A stretch of DNA of 64,000 bases from an uncultured Acidobacteriota bacterium. Its GTDB lineage: Bacteria > Acidobacteriota > Thermoanaerobaculia > Multivoradales > UBA5704. Shown here one piece after another: positions 59,199 to 64,000 of this stretch. A model generated the notes under the pieces. The model ran no database searches. It was not told the origin of the DNA and saw only the letters and a list, made by a program, of their open reading frames with translations. The position numbers were made by a program, and so were the translations under genes. Location of the stretch: positions 3,104,001 to 3,168,000 of the forward strand of contig CAVYRF010000002.1 in assembly GCA_963770895.1 (NCBI GenBank). Reading direction: 5' to 3'. Numbering within the stretch: position 1 is the stretch's first letter; each line of letters begins with the position of its first letter.

Positions 59199-59492
59199 AT
59201 GATTGAGACTTTCGGCGACGCCGCGACCGAGGATCTCTTCCATGGCCGGGCCACAGCGCGCGTACGCCATTTCCCGAGCACCTTGGTTCGCGTTGCGATA
59301 CGCAAGCTCGACGCCTTGAACGGTGCGGCGATTCTCGACGACTTGCGGGCACCCCCCGGAAACCGACTGGAGGCGCTGCGCGGCGAGCTCAAGGGGTACC
59401 ACGGCATCAGGATCAACGGCCAGTGGCGGCTGATCTTCCGGTGGCAGGATGGCGGGGCGTATGGCGTACAGGTGACGGATTACCACGAATGA
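59199..59492 (+). CDS. higB: HigB (RelE-family) toxin
   Basis: MIETF.D..TEDLF, RKLD.L, DLRAPPGNRLEALRG, IRINGQWRLIFRW, DYH. Confidence 0.93.
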   Translation: MIETFGDAATEDLFHGRATARVRHFPSTLVRVAIRKLDALNGAAILDDLRAPPGNRLEALRGELKGYHGIRINGQWRLIFRWQDGGAYGVQVTDYHE

Positions 59493-59503
59493 TGGAGACG
59501 GAG

Positions 59504-59794
59504 ATGCTTCCCGAAAACCGAATTCCAACCCACCCTGGCGAGGTCCTGAACGAGGAGTTCCTCAAGCCGCTTGCCATCTCGCAAGTTGCGCTGGCTGCAC
59601 ATCTCGGGATGCCGGTGCAGCGGGTGAACGAGATCGTGCGCGGTAAGCGCGGCGTCACCCCGGACACGGCATGGCGGCTCTCCCAGGCCTTCGAAACCAC
59701 GCCAGCGTTCTGGCTCAACTTGCAGGCAAACCACGACCTGGCCAAGAACCGGCCAGAACGCAAGGTCCGCAGTCTCCTGCCCAGGGCTAGCTGA
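59504..59794 (+). CDS. higA: HigA antitoxin (alternative start 59489)
   Basis: HPGEVL.EEFL.PL, VNEIVRGKRGVTPDTAWRL, FWLNLQ. Confidence 0.93.
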   Translation: MLPENRIPTHPGEVLNEEFLKPLAISQVALAAHLGMPVQRVNEIVRGKRGVTPDTAWRLSQAFETTPAFWLNLQANHDLAKNRPERKVRSLLPRAS

Positions 59795-60092
59795 CGGTCG
59801 CGCTCCTGTTGGCCAAGGTCCGCCAGACGTGGCGATGCCGCTGGCGTGACCTTGCCAGCACGGGGCGGTCCCAACGGTGGGGTCGCAGGCACGTCCGCGT
59901 CCGCCGCCGCAAGGTCTCCATGCTGCCTGAGGCCATTGTCGCATGCGCGCCGCCGCCTATATCGGATCGGTCGAGCTTGCCGACGCCCTGCCCGCGGCCT
60001 TCCACAAGGGCTTTCAGGATCTCGGTTGAGTTGCAAGAAGGCGAATCAAAGCGATAAGCTGGTCGGCTGCGGTCTTGACCGGGAGGAATGGC

Positions 60093-63000
60093 ATGGCGGA
60101 TTGCAGGGCTGGCGGCAGCTTGAGGTTGATCCTTGCGCTCGGGATGGGGGTGGCTTTCTGGGGCTGGGCGGGACGGCCGGCGGTTGCGGCGGGCGACGCG
60201 TTGAGGGGGATCGACGAGACGGATCGGGTGGTGCTGCGCGGCAGCGTTCATCCCCTGGTGCGATCCGCGATCGACCTGGGCCGCACGCCGGCGGGCCTGC
60301 CGATGCAGCGCATGGTGCTTTCGCTGGGGCTGGGGCCGGGGGGGCGGGCGGATCTCGATCGGCTGCTCGCCGGCCAGGGCGATCCCAAGTCGCCGCTCTA
60401 TCATCAGTGGCTGTCGCCGCGGGCGTTCGGGGCGCGTTTCGGGATTGCCGAGGAAGATCTACAGCGGGTGGTCGCGTGGCTGGGCAGCCACGGCTTCACC
60501 ATCGATCAGGTCGCGCGGGGGCGCGGCTGGATCGACTTCAGCGGCACCGCCGGCCAGGTGGAACAGGCGTTCGCCACCGAAATGCACAATTACCAGGTGG
60601 CGGGGGAGCTGCACCATGCCAACGCCGTCGCCGCGTCGATTCCGCGCGCCCTGGCGAGTGTCGTCAACGGGGTGGTTTCGCTGCACGACTTTCGCTTGCA
60701 GGCCGCGCACCGCCGCGGCGCGCCGGTGCGCCGGTCGGGCCGGGCAGGGGCGTCGCCGCAGGCTACCTACGGCGGCGGCACCAACTACCTGGCGCCGGCC
60801 GATTTCGCCACCATCTATAACGTCGGCCCCCTCTACGACGCCGGCGTGGACGGCACTGGCCAGGCGATCGCCATCGTCGGGCGCACCGACATCGTGCTGA
60901 GCGACGTCGAGGTGTTCCGGCGCTCGTTCGGCCTGTCGCCGAACGACCCGATCGTCATCCACAACGGCCCGCCGCCGGGCGACCTGGGCGGCGACGAGGA
61001 GCTCGAGGCCGACCTCGATACAGAGTGGTCGGGCGCCGTGGCGCCGCAGGCCACCATTTTCTTCGTCGTCTCCGCTTCGACGGCCGCCACCGACGGCGTG
61101 TACCTTTCGGCGCAGTACATCGTGGACAACGACCTGGCGCCGGTCATGAGCACCAGCTTCGGGGAGTGCGAGTCGGCGATGGGCAGCGCCAACCTGGCGT
61201 TCGTCGGCGGCCTCTGGGCCCAGGCGGCGACGCAAGGGATCACGGCGCTGGTGTCGTCGGGCGACGCGGGGGCCGCGGGCTGCAACGGGGGCGGCGACTG
61301 GACCGGCTCGGGTCTGGCGGTTTCCGGTCTGTGCTCGACGCCCAACGATGTCTGCGTGGGGGGTACGGAGTTCGTCGACACGGCCAATCCGGCGCTCTAC
61401 TGGTCGCCGACCTCCGACCCGGTGACCCAGGCTTCGGCGTTGTCCTACATCCCGGAGATGGTGTGGAACGAGTCCGGCGCCAACGACGGTGCCTACCTGT
61501 GGTCGAGCGGCGGCGGCGCCAGCAGCGTCTATGCGAAGCCCTACTGGCAGGTGGCACCCGGAGTGCCGTCCGACGGCGTTCGTGACATCCCGGACGTCGC
61601 GCTCAGCGCCGCGCTCCACGACGGCTATCTGATCGAGCAGGGCGGCGACCTCAACTACGTGGGCGGCACCTCGGCCGCCTCGCCGTCGTTCGCCGGCCTG
61701 ATCGCGCTCGTCGTGCAGCAGACCGGTGCGCGCCAGGGCAACGCCAACACCTCGCTCTACCCGATCGCCGCCAACCAGTTCCATGGCAGTGGGGCGGCAG
61801 CCTTCCACGACATTACCGTCGGCAACAACAGCGTCCCCGGGGTGACCGGGTACGCCAGCGGCCTCGGCTACGATCAGGCGACCGGCTTGGGCTCGGTGGA
61901 CGCCGCCGCGCTGCTCGCCGCCTGGGGTGGCGCGGCGGAATGCCACGCGCCGCCGGTGTCCACCGCGCTTGCCGCCAGCGCCCATGGGGCGGCGGGCTTC
62001 ACCTTGACGTGGGACGCTTCGCCGGGAGCGACGCAGTACCTGGTCCTGCGCGCCAGCGCCGCCGGCGGTCCCTATTCGCTGGCCGGCCTGACAGCCGACA
62101 CCACGTGGGTCGACTCCGGCCTGGCCTGCGGCATCACCTACTACTACGCGGTGGTCGCCGGCAACGGCACCTGCCTGTCGGCTCGCTCGGCCCCGCTCGC
62201 GGCGGCCACCGGTGCCTGCGGCTCCAGCTGCACCACGCTGTACAGCGCGAACTTCGAAAGCGGCTCGGGTCTGTTCGACTGGACGGCCGGGGGCGCCGAT
62301 TGGCGTGGCATCCAGGCCTGTCCTGCTCACAGCGGCAGCCACGTCTTTCGCTTCGGCGGCGCGACCTGCTCGGACGACTACGCCAACAACGACTACTCCA
62401 TGGCGCAGCCGCAGGGCGCGACCGGCATCATCGTGCCAGCGGGGACCGTTCACACCAGGCTGTCCTTCTGGCACGCTTACGATTTCGAGACCGGATATGA
62501 CGGCGGCACACTGATGGCGACGCTGAACCTGGCCGCCTTTTCCTCCGGGCGATTCTTCTACGTGCCTTCGAGCGCCATCCTGTCCGGCGCTTCCTACAAC
62601 GGCAGGACCGCCAGCGACTGCGTGTCGCCGCTGCTCGCGGGCGTGCCGGTTTTCACCGGCACCCAGAGCAGCTTCGTCAATACGATCGTCGATCTCGACT
62701 CAATGTGCGACTCCCTGCTCGGTGTCACGAGCGGCTGCGCGGGGCTGCCGCTCCAGATCGCTTTCACCGCCATCAGCGATTGCACCAACGGCGGCACCGG
62801 TTGGTCGCTCGACGACGTCGCGGTCACCACCTGCCAGGCGCCGATGCAGTTCTACACCGTGACTCCCTGCCGGGTGATCGACACCCGGAAGGGAACCGCC
62901 CTGGCCGGCAACTCCACCACCAACTTGACCCTCGCCGACATTTGCGGCGTTCCCATCACCGCCAAGGCGATCTCCGCCAACGTCACCGTCGTCGCGCCGC

Positions 63001-63218
63001 AATACAACGGCTTCCTCACCATCTATCCAGGCAGCTCGCCGACCCAGCCCGGCACCAGCACGCTCAACTTCCGCGCCGGTCAGGTGCTGGCCAACAACGC
63101 CATGCTGCTCCTCGGCGGCGGCAACTACTATTCCGGCGGCGGCACGATCAACGTCTATGTCGACATGCCTGGCGGCGTGACCGACCTGCTCATCGACGTC
63201 AACGGCTACTACCAATAG
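60093..63218 (+). CDS. secreted S53 (sedolisin/kumamolisin) peptidase with prodomain, FN3-like and C-terminal beta domains
   Basis: Prodomain DPKSPLYHQWLSP..FG; EADLD, SSGDAG, PDV, GGTSAASP, DITVGNN, GYD.ATGLGS; FN3-like LTW...YYYAVVA; terminal TPCRVIDTR...DVNGYY. Confidence 0.93.
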   Translation: MADCRAGGSLRLILALGMGVAFWGWAGRPAVAAGDALRGIDETDRVVLRGSVHPLVRSAIDLGRTPAGLPMQRMVLSLGLGPGGRADLDRLLAGQGDPKSPLYHQWLSPRAFGARFGIAEEDLQRVVAWLGSHGFTIDQVARGRGWIDFSGTAGQVEQAFATEMHNYQVAGELHHANAVAASIPRALASVVNGVVSLHDFRLQAAHRRGAPVRRSGRAGASPQATYGGGTNYLAPADFATIYNVGPLYDAGVDGTGQAIAIVGRTDIVLSDVEVFRRSFGLSPNDPIVIHNGPPPGDLGGDEELEADLDTEWSGAVAPQATIFFVVSASTAATDGVYLSAQYIVDNDLAPVMSTSFGECESAMGSANLAFVGGLWAQAATQGITALVSSGDAGAAGCNGGGDWTGSGLAVSGLCSTPNDVCVGGTEFVDTANPALYWSPTSDPVTQASALSYIPEMVWNESGANDGAYLWSSGGGASSVYAKPYWQVAPGVPSDGVRDIPDVALSAALHDGYLIEQGGDLNYVGGTSAASPSFAGLIALVVQQTGARQGNANTSLYPIAANQFHGSGAAAFHDITVGNNSVPGVTGYASGLGYDQATGLGSVDAAALLAAWGGAAECHAPPVSTALAASAHGAAGFTLTWDASPGATQYLVLRASAAGGPYSLAGLTADTTWVDSGLACGITYYYAVVAGNGTCLSARSAPLAAATGACGSSCTTLYSANFESGSGLFDWTAGGADWRGIQACPAHSGSHVFRFGGATCSDDYANNDYSMAQPQGATGIIVPAGTVHTRLSFWHAYDFETGYDGGTLMATLNLAAFSSGRFFYVPSSAILSGASYNGRTASDCVSPLLAGVPVFTGTQSSFVNTIVDLDSMCDSLLGVTSGCAGLPLQIAFTAISDCTNGGTGWSLDDVAVTTCQAPMQFYTVTPCRVIDTRKGTALAGNSTTNLTLADICGVPITAKAISANVTVVAPQYNGFLTIYPGSSPTQPGTSTLNFRAGQVLANNAMLLLGGGNYYSGGGTINVYVDMPGGVTDLLIDVNGYYQ

Positions 63219-63365
63219 CGCGCCCGCGGCGCGATGCCTCGGGGCCGTGGGTAGCGGGGTTTTGGGTGGCGCCAGGAGCCCCGCCGTGGCTCGAGGCGCC
63301 AAGAGCCGGCCGCGGCTCCTTCCGGGCGGGTGTGACTTGCGGTCGGCTCGGCTATCCTAGTGCCC

Positions 63366-63965
63366 GTGGCCGACCGGTACCTGGTCAACGAGATCTTCTA
63401 CAGCCTCCAGGGGGAGGGGGTGCGCGCCGGCACGCCCAATCTTTTTGTGCGGCTGTCGCGCTGCAACCAGACCTGCCGGGTAGAAACGCACGGCTTCGAT
63501 TGCGACACGGAGTTCGAATCGGGACGATGGATGAGTGGGCCAGAAATCGTCCTGGAAGCGCGCCAGCTGTCGGGCACCTGCGCCTGGCTGATCCTGACGG
63601 GCGGCGAGCCCGCTCTGCAGATCGATGGTGAGCTGATCGAAACGCTGCACGCGGCGGGCTTTCTCCTCGCCATCGAAACCAACGGCAGCGTCGCGCTCCC
63701 CGCCGGCATCGACTGGATCACCGTCAGTCCCAAGGTCGCCGAGCACGCCGTCCGCCAGCGCATCGCACACGAGGTGAAGTACGTGCGCGGCCACGGGCAG
63801 GCAGTGCCGCGCACGGTGGTGACCGCCGACCACTACCTGCTGTCGCCCGCTTTCGACGGCGACCACATGGACGACCGTGCTCTCGCCTGGTGCATCCGCC
63901 TGTGCAAGGACAATCCCCCCTGGCGCCTGTCCGTCCAGCAGCACAAGCTGTGGCGCGTGCGCTAG
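63366..63965 (+). CDS. queE: 7-carboxy-7-deazaguanine synthase (radical SAM); ORF track starts at 63360
   Basis: EIFYSLQGEG, FVRL..CN..C........CDT, TGGEP, ETNG, VSPK, WRLS.Q.HK. Confidence 0.92.
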   Translation: MADRYLVNEIFYSLQGEGVRAGTPNLFVRLSRCNQTCRVETHGFDCDTEFESGRWMSGPEIVLEARQLSGTCAWLILTGGEPALQIDGELIETLHAAGFLLAIETNGSVALPAGIDWITVSPKVAEHAVRQRIAHEVKYVRGHGQAVPRTVVTADHYLLSPAFDGDHMDDRALAWCIRLCKDNPPWRLSVQQHKLWRVR

Positions 63966-64000
63966 TGGCCCGAGTCGGGCGGGCCACTCGTGACCCGAGT

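Noticed and set aside
7906-62474. Many long antisense or alternate-frame ORFs (for example 7906-9900, 16389-18761, 24458-27196, 41613-44063, 60459-62474)
   Set aside because: Shadow ORFs of real genes caused by high GC3; no recognisable motifs.

Overview
Very GC-rich bacterial chromosomal segment, probably Acidobacteriota (Thermoanaerobaculia-like). That assignment is inferred from paired acidobacterial-type VWA proteins, a duplicated MacB-like permease and lineage-typical secreted proteins. Most of the window is housekeeping: cinA-thpR-plsY-gpsA-guaA, lgt-thiD-ypdA, nnr-tsaE-hbd, phoH-HD-ybeY-CNNM-era and queE. It also holds a three-gene signalling locus, an IS3 remnant islet, higBA and a sedolisin. 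The standout region is 45747-53658, a six-gene mevalonate operon (prenyl-PP synthase, IDI-2, class I HMG-CoA reductase, mevalonate kinase, mevalonate-phosphate decarboxylase, isopentenyl phosphate kinase). It has no phosphomevalonate kinase, which is the gene set of the alternative haloarchaeal/Chloroflexi-type route. The operon is bracketed by two copies, exactly 7600 bp apart, of a composite CTAG-bounded repeat. Part A (168 bp) is a long hairpin whose two copies differ by compensatory base-pair changes. Part B (148 bp) is an AT-rich MITE-like unit, 147/148 identical between copies, sitting at the same CTAG end of A in the same orientation. Short A-like ends also occur at two other CTAG stop codons. 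A squalene synthase lies about 4.6 kb from the operon. No rRNA, tRNA or CRISPR array was seen. All calls are by eye, without database searches.
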